NCBI RefSeq assembly: GCF_963921235.1
Contig: NC_086097.1
Span: forward strand, 185,320,001 to 185,384,000
DNA: 64,000 nucleotides
DNA from: Mobula hypostoma
Taxonomy: Eukaryota
Direction: 5' to 3'
In this document: positions 37,370 through 50,241 of the stretch, piece after piece
Layout: each line of letters starts with the position of its first letter
Numbering within the stretch: position 1 is the first letter of the stretch
Notes under the pieces: model-generated
What the model was told of the DNA's origin: nothing
Databases searched by the model: none
What the model saw: the letters and a program-made list of their open reading frames with translations, nothing else
Position numbers and translations under genes: made by a program

Positions 37370-38800
37370 TGAAATATTGGACAGAATATACAAAGTAAAA
37401 GCAGATATTTTAAGGGATTTAGAATCTTTGAAAATTGATAACTTGCCCAATGCAGGTGAACAAAGAGTTCAAAGAAGCATGGGAACAAAATGCAGACATT
37501 CTGAATCCAACTTTTTGCAGCTCACTGTCTACACAAGTAATGGCGGAGGACTGGAGAATTGAAAATGTTGAAAAATTATTTGAGAACAAGAAAAGGATAA
37601 AACAAATAATTAAAGGTCAGTTAGTTTAACTTTGGTGATTGGCAAATTATTGGAATCCTCCATAAACTTTCATTCCTAAAAGCATGATTTAATGGGCGAT
37701 AATCAACTTGAATTTGTTAAGGGAAGGTCATGTCTAAGTTACAGCTGAATTTTTGGATGAGGTAATAAGATGACTAAAGAGGCCAATGCATTTACTGTAG
37801 TCTACATGGATTTTAGTAAGGTGCTTGACATGGTGCTAAAAGGCTGGCTGTTGAAGTAAAAAGCTTATGAGATCCAAGGGAAATCAGATTCAAAACTTCC
37901 ACAGGGTAATATATATATTTTTCTAACATAATAAATGCTGTTACGATTGGAGTTCCCACAGGGCTGAGTACTTAATCCATTGCTTTTTGCAATATATATT
38001 GACTCAGTCCTAACTATAGAGCACATGATGAAGTTGAGTGCAGATGACACAACCATTTTCTGCATGATTGACAGTAAGAAGGAAAGCTTTGAACTGCAGG
38101 TGGAACCTTATTCAGAGATGTGTCAAGTATTGCAATGTAGAAGTGCAACAAGGCCAGGGAGTTTATGAAAAAATGGAAAAGTACTGAGTGGTTTGGAAGA
38201 ACAGTGTGATATTAGAATACGTTCATAAAAAGCTAACAACAGCAATTCAGGTCAATAAGATGGTTAAAAGGGCATACATGATGCTTTGCTTTATTAGCTG
38301 AGGCATAGAGTATAAGATCAGGGAATTATGCTCACACAGGCTACTACTGTAGCTTGAGTGCTATACACAGTTCTTGTCACCACATTACAGGAAAGAAATG
38401 ATTGCACTGAAAAGAGCACAAAGCAGATTTGCAAGGATGTTGCCAGAACTAGAAAATTGTAACTTTGAGGAAGGATCAGATAAATATGATTGATTTCTTT
38501 GCAACACAGAAGGCTGAAGAAAAATGACAGGCTGATTAGAATGCCATGAAAGGGCCTGCTTCCCTTAAACGAATGGCAAAAATTCAAAGGGCGCAAATTT
38601 AAAATATTTGGTAGAAGGAGTAGAAGCGAGATGGTGAAAGAATTTTTTACCCAGATGGAGGACAAGGTAAGAAACCTGAAAGGGCAATAGGGGCAGAAAG
38701 CCTCATCATGTTAAAAGTACTTGGATGTCAGCTTGAAGAAGTGTGAACCATAGGTCTAAGGACTTTGTTTCGAAGTTGGGATAATGGTGTGAAAAAGGCC
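37370..38800 (+). mobile_element. Old, highly decayed CR1/L2-type LINE
   Basis: Residual motifs GGAGGACTGGAGAATTG, TACATGGATTTTAGTAAGG, GCAGATGACAC and CACCACATTACAGGAAAG. Confidence 0.8.
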
Positions 38801-39879
38801 CATTTCTGTGTCATAAATTTTCCATCATTTCTTTCCATCCTGTGGCCTAGTTTATTTAACTGTCATCAAAGTTTCTAGATGCACACAAGCAAACATGAGC
38901 AACTGCAGGAAGGGAGATTTAGTCCCTGATGCCCTGATGGCTACTGGTTGTCAGCTGTCTGCTCTTGCAGAACTACAAACCACTCCACCAAAGCCTTTTT
39001 GGCAGCAAGAAACATTTTCTAGCCACCGACCCATGGAAGAGTCAGCAAAAGCTGGGACGGTTTTGCGACAACCACCAAACTGGAATGATGCATTGCATTA
39101 CTTCCTGAGAGAGCTAGAAGGTGCATCTCCCTCTTCCCTAATAATATCCCTTGCATACTGTAATGCTGCAGAAAACACTGATAAACTGCTCAACAAAGTC
39201 TAAGTGGAGTTTATTGTCAAAATTATAAGTACAGTGAGGTTCAGGTACAATAAAACACTTTCATACAGCAGCATCACAGGCACAAGACCAGACAAAACGT
39301 AGAATATAAAATATATATAAATTGTAAATTTACAAGAGAGTGAATAAAAAGACTATGCAAAACAAGTCATTGATGAAAAAACAAATTAGAAGCATGTTCA
39401 TGATGTGTTATTGCTGAAGTTGGATTAGGCTTGAGTGGGGCATTCCAGGAGCATGGCAGCACAGGAGACTGCAGATGCTGGAATCTGAAGCAACCAGGTG
39501 AAAAGTCTCAACTAGGAACATCGACTCTCTAGTTCCCTCCATAGGTGCTGCCTGAACTGTTGAGTTCTTTTAGCTATTTGTGTTTTGGTTCAAGAACATG
39601 ATGGGTGTAGGAAAGTAGCTGTTGCTGAACCTAGTGGTTTGAACTTCAGGCATCAGTCCCTCCTGTGTGACAGGGACAGCAGCAAGGAGAGGCCATAGCC
39701 TGGATGGTGCGGATCATTGATAATAGATGCAGCATCTTGTGTTCCTTTGCCGCACCAGACCATAATGCATCCAGTCACCTGCTACCTCTGCTCAAGCCAC
39801 AGTAGCACTGGAAATGTTAGAGATTGCTATATTGCTAAGATTTTGTTCTACGCATGCCAAGGATAATTCTTTGGTACTA

Positions 39880-40610
39880 CCCAAACATGAGGAAATCTGC
39901 AGATGCTGGAAATTCAAGCAACACATACAAAATGCTGTTGGAACGCAGCAGGCCAGGCAGCATCTATAGGAAGAAGTACAATCGACGTTTTGGGCCGAGA
40001 CCCTTCATCAGGACTAACTGAAAGAAGAGACAGTAAGAGATTTGAAAGTGGGAGGGGGAGGGGGAGATCCAAAATGCTAGGAGAAGACAGGAGGGGGAGG
40101 GATGGAGCCAAGAGCTGGAAAGTTGATTGGCAAAAGGGATACAGGTCTGGAGAAGGGAAAAGATCATGGGACGGGAGGCCTAGGGAGAAGGAAAGGGGGA
40201 GGGGAACGCCAGAGGAAGATGGAGAGAAGGCAAGGAGTTATTGTGAGAGGGACAGACAGAGAAAAAAGAGAGAGAGAGAAAAAGGAAAAAATAATTAACA
40301 AACAAACAAATAAATAAATAAGGGATGGGGTAAGAAGGGGAGGAGGGGCATTAACGGAAGTTAGAGAAGTCAATGTTCATGCCATCCCTTGTATCCCTTT
40401 TGCCAATCACCTGTCCAGCTCTTGGCTTCATCCCTCCCCTTCCTGTCTTCTCCTATCATTTAAGATCTCCCCCTCCCCCTCCCACTTTCAAATCTCTTAC
40501 TGCTTCTTCCTTCAGTTAGTCCTGACGAAGGGTCTTGGCCTGAAACTTCGACTGTACCTCTTCCTAGAGATGCTGCCTGGCCTGCTGCATTCACCAGCAT
40601 TTTGTGTATG
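39880..40610 (-). mobile_element. Penelope-like element: ORF C-terminus, pLTR and tail (minus), preceded by an inverted partial pLTR
   Basis: Perfect 13-bp TSD TTCTTTGGTACTA (39867-39879, 40611-40623). Arms about 39922-40143 and 40390-40610. Minus strand DGMNIDFSNFR* ends at 40351. Confidence 0.92.
40518..40553 (+). ncRNA. Minimal hammerhead ribozyme motif
   Basis: AGTC-CTGACGA-AGGGTCTTGGCCT-GAAA-CTTC-GACT. Antisense twin at about 39980-40015 reads AGTC-CTGATGA-AGGGTCTCGGCCC-AAAA-CGTC-GATT. Confidence 0.7.
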
Positions 40611-42002
40611 TTCTTTGGTACTAATTCCCTGTCATTCTATTCTTGGTTGCTGACTAGTAAGTATCCTTTTCAATGGTTTGTTAATGAATCAGAAAAAATG
40701 AATTAATGGAGAAACACATTAAAAACTTTACTTAACAGGGCCTGTGCTCCTTTTCTCACCTACAACACTACAAGCTTCCATATCTAAATATATCTTTCTC
40801 CACAAAGTCCATCATCTCCAACAGGATCTCACCAATAGGGACATCAACCTCCCCCATCTGTTTACCACAAGGATTGCTCTCTCTGCAACTCCCTTGTCTG
40901 CTCTTCCTTCCCCAACTATCCTCCGATGAACTCACTTTCGGTGGTGAACGTTCTGTCTGTTATCGTTTATTTTTTTATTGTTTGCACATTTTGTTCTTTT
41001 CTTTTTGCACCTTGAGAGACGGTCTTTGTTGTGAGGGTTTTTTTAATAGGTTCTATTGTGTTTCTTTGTTTTGTGGCTGCTTTCAATAAGATGAATCTCA
41101 AAGCTGTATAGAGAATATACACTTGGATAGTAAATGTACTTTGAACTTTGAACTTTGATCTGTCGACTGAAGCTCCCAGTGAAACAGCTCAGTGCACTAT
41201 AAGTGGTCATGTACGAGTTAAACTTTTACTTGTATTCTCAAAATATTTCATTCTACATACAAGTGGTTAATTCTCAAATCTGTACACAAAGTTCTTTTTT
41301 AATAAAAAAAACATGAGCCAGTCTGTTTATCTGTTTGATTTCCCTCAAGGTATGAATTCTTTAGGCTCACAGAATAATCATTTGAAGTGTAATTAGTTGA
41401 TCATCCCAGTAGTCTCTGCTATTTAGAATTCCAAACAGCTTGTGGCATTATTAACAATTCCATTGTCCCTCAGGAGTACCAATATGGCACCTACTTAGTT
41501 GAGATATTGTTTTATTTAATTCACAAAGGATGAGATTCCTTTTAATACTTTTTATTGCTGGGATGGGTTTGTCACGATCATGCCTTATATATACTGTACA
41601 TATCACCCATCTTTAGTTGCCCAAAAAATAATGGAATTTTTGTTCAGTGCTACTTAAAGGACAGTTTAGGCTCAACTATACTAATATAGGACTGTAGACA
41701 CCTAAACATCAGATGGCAGATTTCATTTCCAAAAAGGAATTGGTAAACTAGTTTAATTTTTATCGTAATTGAACAAATTTTACTGATACCATATTTTCTC
41801 ATCACCAGAGACTTTCAACAGAATTCAAATTCTGATCTCATGTTCACTGGAATTTTAGTCGAGCCACCAAATAACTTTTCTAATACCAATGTAGTTACCA
41901 TACCTGCTTTCAATAAAAGCTCAGTTAGCCCACATTTCATGAACCAGAGCTTTTGCTGAAAGCAGATGTGGTAACTAAGTAACCAACTCTTCAGAGGAAG
42001 TA

Positions 42003-42099
42003 ACATAGACAAAATGCTGAAGGAACTCAGCAGGCCAGGCAGCATCTGTGGAAAAGAGTAAACAGTCAGCATTTCGGGCCGAGACCCTTCATCAGGACT
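42003..42099 (-). mobile_element. PLE pLTR fragment with hammerhead core
   Basis: Minus strand AGTC-CTGATGA-AGGGTCTCGGCCC-GAAA-TGCT-GACTG, followed by GATGCTGCCTGGCCTGCTGAGTTCC. Confidence 0.8.
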
Positions 42100-42871
42100 T
42101 CTCATGTTCTGTGCTTCAGAGAAAGTAACTGGATCAAAATTAGGGTGCTACGAGAAGCACCCTGGCAGGTCTCCCTGGGGCAGCACAAATGGAATACTTA
42201 CACTCACACTGGAACAGCTCCGACAAGCATCCAGGAAGACTACTGACTTCAGAGTACCACTGAGGGAGTGTCTCATCTTTTATCTCTGCTCCATTTCCCT
42301 GCATACATCTCATATTCCTTGATTTCCTTAATATTTCACCATTTATTAACCTCCATTAATACTTATCAAACTGGTGTTTGGCTCATGGGATCTATGGTTG
42401 TAGTTTTAATTATTGCCTCTTTGGAAATTAAGGATTATTCATAAAGCCACAGTAGATCTATATTTCAGGACAGTCTAACGTGATTCTTCCATTATGATCA
42501 CTGTAAAAGTTTCTTACCTGGTAGGATAGTGAGATTGTAAAATGTGTATAGGAAGTAATGTCATACACTTACAACCCAGCAGATTTAGTGTAGGATTAGA
42601 TCTTCCTCTTCACTTTGTATATTGTGCCAGCACAACTAAAACATCTGAATTACCAAGTTCTTCACATCTTGTGGAAAGTTTCTGGTAAGTTTAACAATAG
42701 TCACACACTTAGCATTTGATTGTGCATTTGAACTTGATGAAACAACATCACAGTTCCCGTAATTCCCAAGGAGATGTTGGATGGTGTGTACTTAGGTACT
42801 TGGCAAGGGCCGATAACTAAAGTCAGGTTTAAACAGAGTGCCTGTTCTGGGAGTGGGTGAGCTCAGGTTTT

Positions 42872-45800
42872 CATAGAAACATAGAAACATAGAAAATAGG
42901 TGCAGGAGTAGGCCATTCGGCCCTTCGAGCCTGCACCGCCATTTATTATGATCATGGCTGATCATCCAACTCAGAACCCCGCCCCAGCCTTCCCTCCATA
43001 CCCCCTGACCCCCGTAGCCACAAGGGCCATATCTAACTCCCTCTTAAACATAGCCAATGAACTGGCCTCAACAGTTTCCTGTGGCAGAGAATTCCACAGA
43101 TTCACCACTCTCTGTGTGAAGAAGTTTTTCCTAATCTCGGTCCTAAAAGGCTTCCCCTCTATCCTCAAACTGTGACCCCTCGTTCTGGACTTCCCCAACA
43201 TCGGGAACAATCTTCCTGCATCTAGCTTGTCCAATCCCTTTAGGATCTTATACCTTTCAATCAGATCCCCCCTCAATCTTCTAAATTCCAACGAGTACAA
43301 GCCCAGTTCATCCAGTCTTTCTTCATATGAAAGTCCTGCCATCCCAGGAATCAATCTGGTGAATCTTCTTTGTACTCCCTCTATGGCAAAGATGTCTTTC
43401 CTCAGATTAGGGAACCAAAACTGCACACAATACTCCAGGTGTGGTCTCACCAAGGCCTTGTACAACTGCAGTAGTACCTCCCTGCTCCTGTACTCGAATC
43501 CTCTCGCTATAAATGCCAGCATACCATTCGCCTTTTTCACCGCCTGCTGTACCTGCATGCCCACTTTCAATGACTGGTGTATAATGACACCCAGGTCTCG
43601 TTGCACCTCCCCTTTTCCTAATCGGCCACCATTCAGATAATAATCTGTTTTCCTATTTTTGCCACCAAAGTGGATAACTTCACATTTATCCACATTAAAT
43701 TGCATCTGCCATGAGTTTGCCCACTCACCCAACCTATCCAAGTCACCCTGCATCCTCTTAGCATCCTCCTCACAGCTAACACTGCCACCCAGCTTCGTGT
43801 CATCCGCAAACTTGGAGATGCTGCATTTAATTCCATCAGCCAAGTCATTAATATATATTGTAAACAACTGGGGTCCCAGCACTGAGCCTTGCGGTACCCC
43901 ACTAGTCACCGCCTGCCATTCTGAAAAGGTCCCGTTTATTCCCACTCTTTGCTTCCTGTCTGCTAACCAATTCTCCACCCACACCAATACCTTACCCCCA
44001 ATACCGTGTGCCTTAAGTTTGCACACTAATCTCCTGTGTGGGACCTTGTCAAAAGCCTTTTGAAAATCCAAATATACCACATCCACTGGTTCTCCCCTAT
44101 CCACTCTACTAGTTACATCCTCAAAAAATTCTATGAGATTCGTCAGACATGATTTTCCTTTCACAAATCCATGCTGACTTTGTCCGATCATTTCACCGCT
44201 TTCCAAATGTGCTGTTATCACATCCTTGATAACTGACTCCAGCAGTTTCCCCACCACCGACGTTAGGCTAACCGGTCTATAATTCCCCGGTTTCTCTCTC
44301 CCTCCTTTTTTAAAAAGTGGGGTTACATTAGCCACCCTCCAATCCTCAGGAACTAGTCCAGAATCTAACGAGTTTTGAAAAATTATCACTAATGCATCCA
44401 CTATTTCTTGGGCTACTTCCTTAAGCACTCTAGGATGCAGACCATCTGGCCCTGGGGATTTATCTGCCTTCAATCCCTTCAATTTACCTAACACCACTTC
44501 CCTACTAACATGTATTTCACTCAGTTCCTCCATCTCACTGGACCCTCTGTCCCTTACTATTTCTGGAAGATTATTTATGTCCTCCTTAGTGAAGACAGAA
44601 CCAAAGTAATTATTCAATTGGTTGCCATGTCCTTGCTCCCCATAATCAATTCACCTGTTTCTGTCTGCAGGGGACCTACATTTGTCTTTACCAGTCTTTT
44701 CCTTTTTACATATCTATAAAAGCTTTTACAGTCCGTTTTTATGTTCCCTGCCAGTTTTCTCTCATAATCTTTTTTCCCCTTCCTAATTAAGCCCTTTGTC
44801 CTCCTCTGCTGAACTCTGAATTTCTCCCAGTCCTCAGGTGAGCCACTTTCTCTGGCTAATTTGTATGCTACTTCTTTGGAATTGACACTATCCCTAATTT
44901 CTCTTGTCAGCCACGGGTGCACTACCTTCCTTGATTTATTCTTTTGCCAAACTGGGATGAACAATTGTTGTAGTTCATCCATGCAACCTTTAAATGCTTG
45001 CCATTGCATATCCACCGTCAATCCTTTAAGTGTCATTTGCCAGTCTATCTTAGCTAATTCACGTCTCATATCTTCAAAGTTACCCCTCTTTAAGTTCAGA
45101 ACCTTTGTTTCTGAATTAACTATGTCACTCTCCATATTAATGAAGAATTCCACCATATTATGGTCACTCTTACCCAAGGGGCCTCTCACGACAAGATCGC
45201 TAATTAACCCTTCCTCATTGCTCAAAACCCAGTCCAGAATAGCCTGCTCTCTAGTTGGTTCCTCGACATGTTGGTTCAAAAAACCATCCCGCATACATTC
45301 CAAGAAATCCTCTTCCTCAGCACCTTTACCAATTTGGTTCACCCAGTCTACATGTAGATTGAAGTCACCCATTATAACTGCTGTTCCTTTATTGCACACA
45401 TTTCTAATTTCCTGTTTAATACCATCTTTGACCTCACTACTACTGTTAGGTGGCCTGTACACAACTCCCACCAGCGTCTTCTGCCCCTTAGTGTTAGGCA
45501 GCTCTACCCATATCGATTCCACATCTTCCCGGCTTATGTCCTTCCTTTCTATTGCATTAATCTCTTCTTTAACCAGCAACGCCACCCCACCTCCCCTTCC
45601 TTCATGTCTATCCCTCCTGAATATTGAATATCCCTGAACGTTGAGCTCCCATCCCTGGTCACCCTGGAGCCATGTCTCTGTGATCCCAACTATATCATAA
45701 TCATTAATAACAATCTACACTTTCAATTCATCCACCTTATTACAAATGCTCCTTGCATTGACACATAAAGCCTTCAGGTGCTCTTTTACAACTCTCTTAG

Positions 45801-46247
45801 CCCTTATACAATTATGTTGAAAAGTGGCCCTTTTTAATGCTTGCCCTGGATTTGTCGGCCTGCCACTTTTACTTTTCTCCTTTGTACTTTTTGCTTCTAC
45901 CCTCACTTTACACCCCTCTGTCTCTCTGCACTGGTTCCCATCCCGCTGTTGTGAACTAACCTCCTCACGCCTAGCTTCTTTAATTTGATTCCCACCCCCC
46001 AACCATTCTAGTTTAAAGTCACCTCAGTAGCCCCCGCTAATCTCCCTGCCAGGATATTGGTCCCCCTAGGATTCAAGTGTAACCCGTCCTTTTTGTGCAG
46101 GTCACGCCTGCGCCAAAAGAGGTCCCAATGATCCAAAAACTTGAATCCCTGCCCCCTGCTCCAATCCCTCAGCCACACATTTATCCTCCACCTCATCGCA
46201 TTCCTACTCTCACTGTCGCGTGGCACAGGCAGTAATCCCGAGATTAC
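42872..46247 (-). mobile_element. Young CR1-type LINE, 5'-truncated inside ORF1, inserted into the 5' UTR of an older +strand CR1 (about 42800-46378)
   Basis: ORF1 end with SGNH-like DGLHLN (46008-46256), then ORF2 EN and RT, and a (TTTCTATG)n tail. Both flanks resemble the CR1 5' UTR seen at 51700-51910. Confidence 0.95.
42971..45800 (-). pseudogene. CR1 ORF2 (AP endonuclease and reverse transcriptase), nearly intact
   Basis: NARSI.NK, GITETWL, VYRPP, MGDFN, SDHN, NYRPVSLTS, DFQKAFDKVPH, PQGSVLGP and FADD. Only two visible lesions: a TAG at 45715-45717 and a 1-bp frameshift near 44622. Confidence 0.93.
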
Positions 46248-47280
46248 AAGTTTCATTGAGCAGAGGTGAAGGCTATAAGTAGATCTTTTTCACTTAATTT
46301 TTCTTTCTTCTTTCTTATTGCACAGTTAGAACAGTGGGGTGGCTAGCCAGGATAATGGAATACTCCTTTTGTGGGATTGTCTCTTTTGGCCTACAATGAT
46401 AGCTGAACCTAAATCAAACAGCTTAGAGGATTGCCTTTGTTCAGCATGTCATAACTCACCTTGTTAGGAAAATGCATATCATTGTGGCTGGCTGTGACTG
46501 TAGGCCGGTGCCGATCATTGTGAGTTAAATGATTGTACCTACTTATTTTGTGTAATTATTTCAGTATCTTTATAAAGTGTCCAGATATACTTTAGGGCTT
46601 TGCTTAATTTGCAATTCCAGATATACAAATGGACCAAAATTTGCAACCATATTATTTGAAGTGTTTGCTATCAGAGATTTTGACTTAAGACTATAAGACC
46701 ATAAGACATAGGAGCAGAATTTGGCCATTCAGCCCATCAAGTCTGTTCCACCATCCCATCGTGGCTGATTTATTATCCCTCTTCTGCCTTCTGCCTCTCC
46801 CCATTACCTTTGACAACCCTGACTAATCAAGAACTATCAGCCTCTGCAGTAAATACATTCAATCATTTGGTCTCCACAGCCATCTGTGGTAATGAATTCT
46901 ACAGACTCTCTGACAAATGAAATTCCTCCTAATTTCTGTTCCAAATGGACTGCCCTCTATTCTGAAGTTGAGACCTCTGGTCGAAGACACCCCCACAGAA
47001 AACATCCTCTCCACATCCACTCCATTTAGGCCTTTCAATATTTGATAGGTTTCAGTGATATCCCCTTTCATTCATCCAGCGAGTATCGGCCCAGTACCAT
47101 CAAAAATTCCTCTTACATTAACTCTTTCATTCCTGAACTACTCATTCTTGTAAACTCCTCTGGACCCTCATCAATGCCAGCACATCCATCCATCCATAGA
47201 TAAGGGCCCAAAACTGCTCACTACAGCTGGCCAATGCTATATAAAGACTCAGCTTTACATCCTTGCTTTCATATTCTAGC

Positions 47281-48370
47281 AATACACCCAAAATACTGGG
47301 GCAAGTCAGAACGTCAGACATCATCTATGGAAATGAATAAACAGTCAAAGTTTCTTGCCAACATCCTTCTTCGGGACTGAAAAGGAAGGGGGAAGATGCC
47401 AGAATAAAAAAGTAAGGGGAAGGGAAGGAGGCCAGCTGAAAGGTGATAGGTTAAGAGCTGGAGAAGAAAGAATCTGTTAGGAAAGGAGAGAGAACTGTCG
47501 GAGAAAGAGAAAGAGGAGGGGACACAGGAGGAAGTGACAAGCAGGAGAGAAGAGGTAAAAGACCAGAGTGGTGAATAGAAGAAGAGGGAAGGGGAAGGAA
47601 AAATATTTTACTGGAAGGAGAAATCGATATTCCTGCCATCAGTTTGGAGACTACCCAGAGGGTTGCCCCTCCACCCTTACAGTGGCCTCATCTTGGCACA
47701 AGAAGAAGCAGTGGACCAATATGTCAGAACGGGAATGGGAATCAGAATTAAAATATTTTGCCACCAGGAATTCCACTTTTGGTGGATGGATGGAGTGAAG
47801 GTGTTCGGCGAGGTGGTCCTGCAATTTATGATGGGTCTCATCCATATAGAGCTGGCCACATCGGGAGCACCAGACACAATAGGTGACCCATACAAATTCG
47901 CAGGTGAAGTGTCGTCTCACCTGGAAGGACTCTTTGAGGCCCTGAATGGAGGTGAGGGAGGAGGTGAATGGGTCAGTGTAGCACTTTGGCTGCTTGCAGG
48001 GATGTGCCTGGAGGGAGATTAGTGGGAGGGACAAATGGACAAGGAATCATGGAGGGAGTGATCCCTGTGGAGGGGCAGAGGTAAAGATATGTTTGGTGGT
48101 AGGATTCCTTTGGAGATGGCAGAAGTTGTGTTGGATGTATTGGCTCATGGGGTGATAGGAATTCCATCACTGTTAAGGCAGCGGGAAGATGGGGCAAGCG
48201 CAGATGTTCAGGAAATGGACGATATGTGGGTGAGGACAGCATCAATAGTGTAGGGAGGGAAACGCTGTTCTTTGAAGAAAGAGACCGTCTTAGATGTCAT
48301 GGAAAGGAAGGCCACATCCTGAAAACAGGTGCAGCAGAGGTGAAGGAACTGCGAAAAGGGAATAGCATTT
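47281..48370 (-). mobile_element. Penelope-like element 3' part with GIY-YIG endonuclease remnant
   Basis: ORF 47651-48034 reads HFTC...VTYCVWCSRCGQLYMDET..KLQDHLAEH...VAKYFNS..H, the PLE GIY-YIG pattern. The pLTR has a decayed hammerhead at about 47342-47380. Confidence 0.9.
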
Positions 48371-50018
48371 TTATATTCTAAATTTTATGTTTTGTACTCT
48401 CTATTGTATATTCTAGTCCTCTCAAAATGAATGCTAACATTGCATCTGCCTTCCTTACCAGTGACTCAGCCTTCAAGTTAACATTAGGTAATCATGTGCA
48501 AGGACTCCAAACTCTCCTTACACCTCTGATTTTTGAATTTTCTCCCCATTTACAGAATAGTCCACACTTTTATTCTTTCCTACCAAAGTATAAGACCATG
48601 TACTTCCCTATAATATATTCCATCTTCCACTTCTTTGCCATTCTCCTAAACTGCCTATGTCCTTCAGAAAACTTCTTGCTTCCTCAAGGCTACCTGCAAC
48701 CGCTCCCATCTTCATATCGACTGCACACTTAGCTACAATGTTATCATCCAAATCATTTTCATACAATGTGAAAAGAAGCGGTCCCAACACTAACCCATGC
48801 AATCACTAGTATTCACCAGCAGCCAACCACTCTCCTATCCATACCAGTATATTTCCTGTAATACCATGGGCTTTTTCCTTTTTAAGCTGCTTCATGGGTA
48901 ACACCTTGTCAAAGGCTTTTGGAAAATCCAAGTAAACATCAGCCATTGACTCTCCTTTTTCTATCATACATGTTCTATCCTCAAACAATTCCAACAGATT
49001 TGCCAGGCAAGATTTCTCCTTAAGGCAACCATGCTGACATTGACCTATTTTATCAAGTGCCAGAACTCTGCAACCTCATTCTTAATAATGGACACGATTT
49101 TTCCCAATCACTGAAGTCAAGTAGATGGCCTATAATTACACTTTTTCTGCCTCACTCCCTTCTTAAAATTTTAGTGACATTTATAATTTTTCAGTCCTCT
49201 GGAACCATTCCAGGATGTAGTGATTCTTGAAAGATCATTACTCATGCCAGCACAATCCTTTCAGCTACCTCTTTCTGAACCCCGGGATTTAATTCATCTG
49301 GTTCAGGTGACTTACTGCCTTCAGACCCTTCAACTTCCCAAGTACTTTTTCCTTAATAAAAGGAGCTACACTCACTTTTGCCCTCTGGCACGTTCACATT
49401 TGTTGGGTATAGCATCTTCCAACGTGAAGACTGAGGTAAAATACTAATTATATTTCTCTTCCATTTCTATGTCCTCTACTTTTACCTCTCCAGCAACATT
49501 TTCAGTGGTCCAATATCCAGTCATCATTATATATCTGAAGAATACTTTTGGTATCCTCTTTTATATTATTGGATAGATTATCTTCATATTTCAGCTTTTC
49601 ACTTCTTATGGCTTTTTAGTTGTCTTCTTTCAGCTTGTAAAAGTCTCCCAATCCTCTAATTCCCACTAATTTTTGTTGCACTATATGACCTCTTGTTTCT
49701 TTTTGACTTCTCTCATCAGCTACGGTTGTTTCATCCTCCATTTAAAACATTTTTTATTTGGGATGTATTTATCCTGCGCCTTCCAAATTCCTCCCACAAA
49801 TTCCAGGCATTACTTTTCTGCTGACATCCCTGCTAATGTCCTCTTCCAATCAACTTTGGCCAGCTCCTCTTTCATGCCTCTGTAATTCCCTTTACTTCAC
49901 TGTAATGCTGATACATCCGACTTTAGCTTCTCCCCCTCAATCTGCTGGGTGAATTACGATCACGGCTTTTACCAAACACTCTATCCTGAACTGTCTTTCC
50001 CACAGAGGGCTCAACCAC

Positions 50019-50241
50019 AAACATGGGAAAATCTGCAGACGCCGGAAATCCAGGCAACACACACAAAATGCTAAAGGAACTCAGCAAACCTGGCAGCAAC
50101 AGAGGTGAGAAACAGTAGGGACAGAATGGTAGGGCACTGAGGAGTGTCATTTCTTCCAGTCCTGTTGAAGGGTTGACTGTTTACTCTTTTCCGTTGATGC
50201 TGCCTAATCTACTGAATTCCTCCACATTTTGTGTGTGTACT
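50019..50241. mobile_element. Short inverted-pLTR Penelope-like insertion
   Basis: 8-bp TSD TCAACCAC (50011-50018, 50242-50249). Tail plus left arm, then an inverted right arm with a deleted hammerhead (CAGTCCTGTTGAAGGG-TTGACTG). Confidence 0.85.

Noticed and set aside
39903..40373. R/G/E/K-rich 131-aa ORF and its antisense ORFs
   Set aside because: Purine-rich PLE pLTR sequence; compositional artefact.
43227..45637. Long +strand ORFs (137, 134 and 258 aa)
   Set aside because: Antisense shadows of the CR1 ORF2.
42863..46257. TSD for the young CR1 (CAGGTTTTCAT versus CAAGTTTCAT)
   Set aside because: Imperfect and overlapping the tail, so not claimed as a firm TSD.
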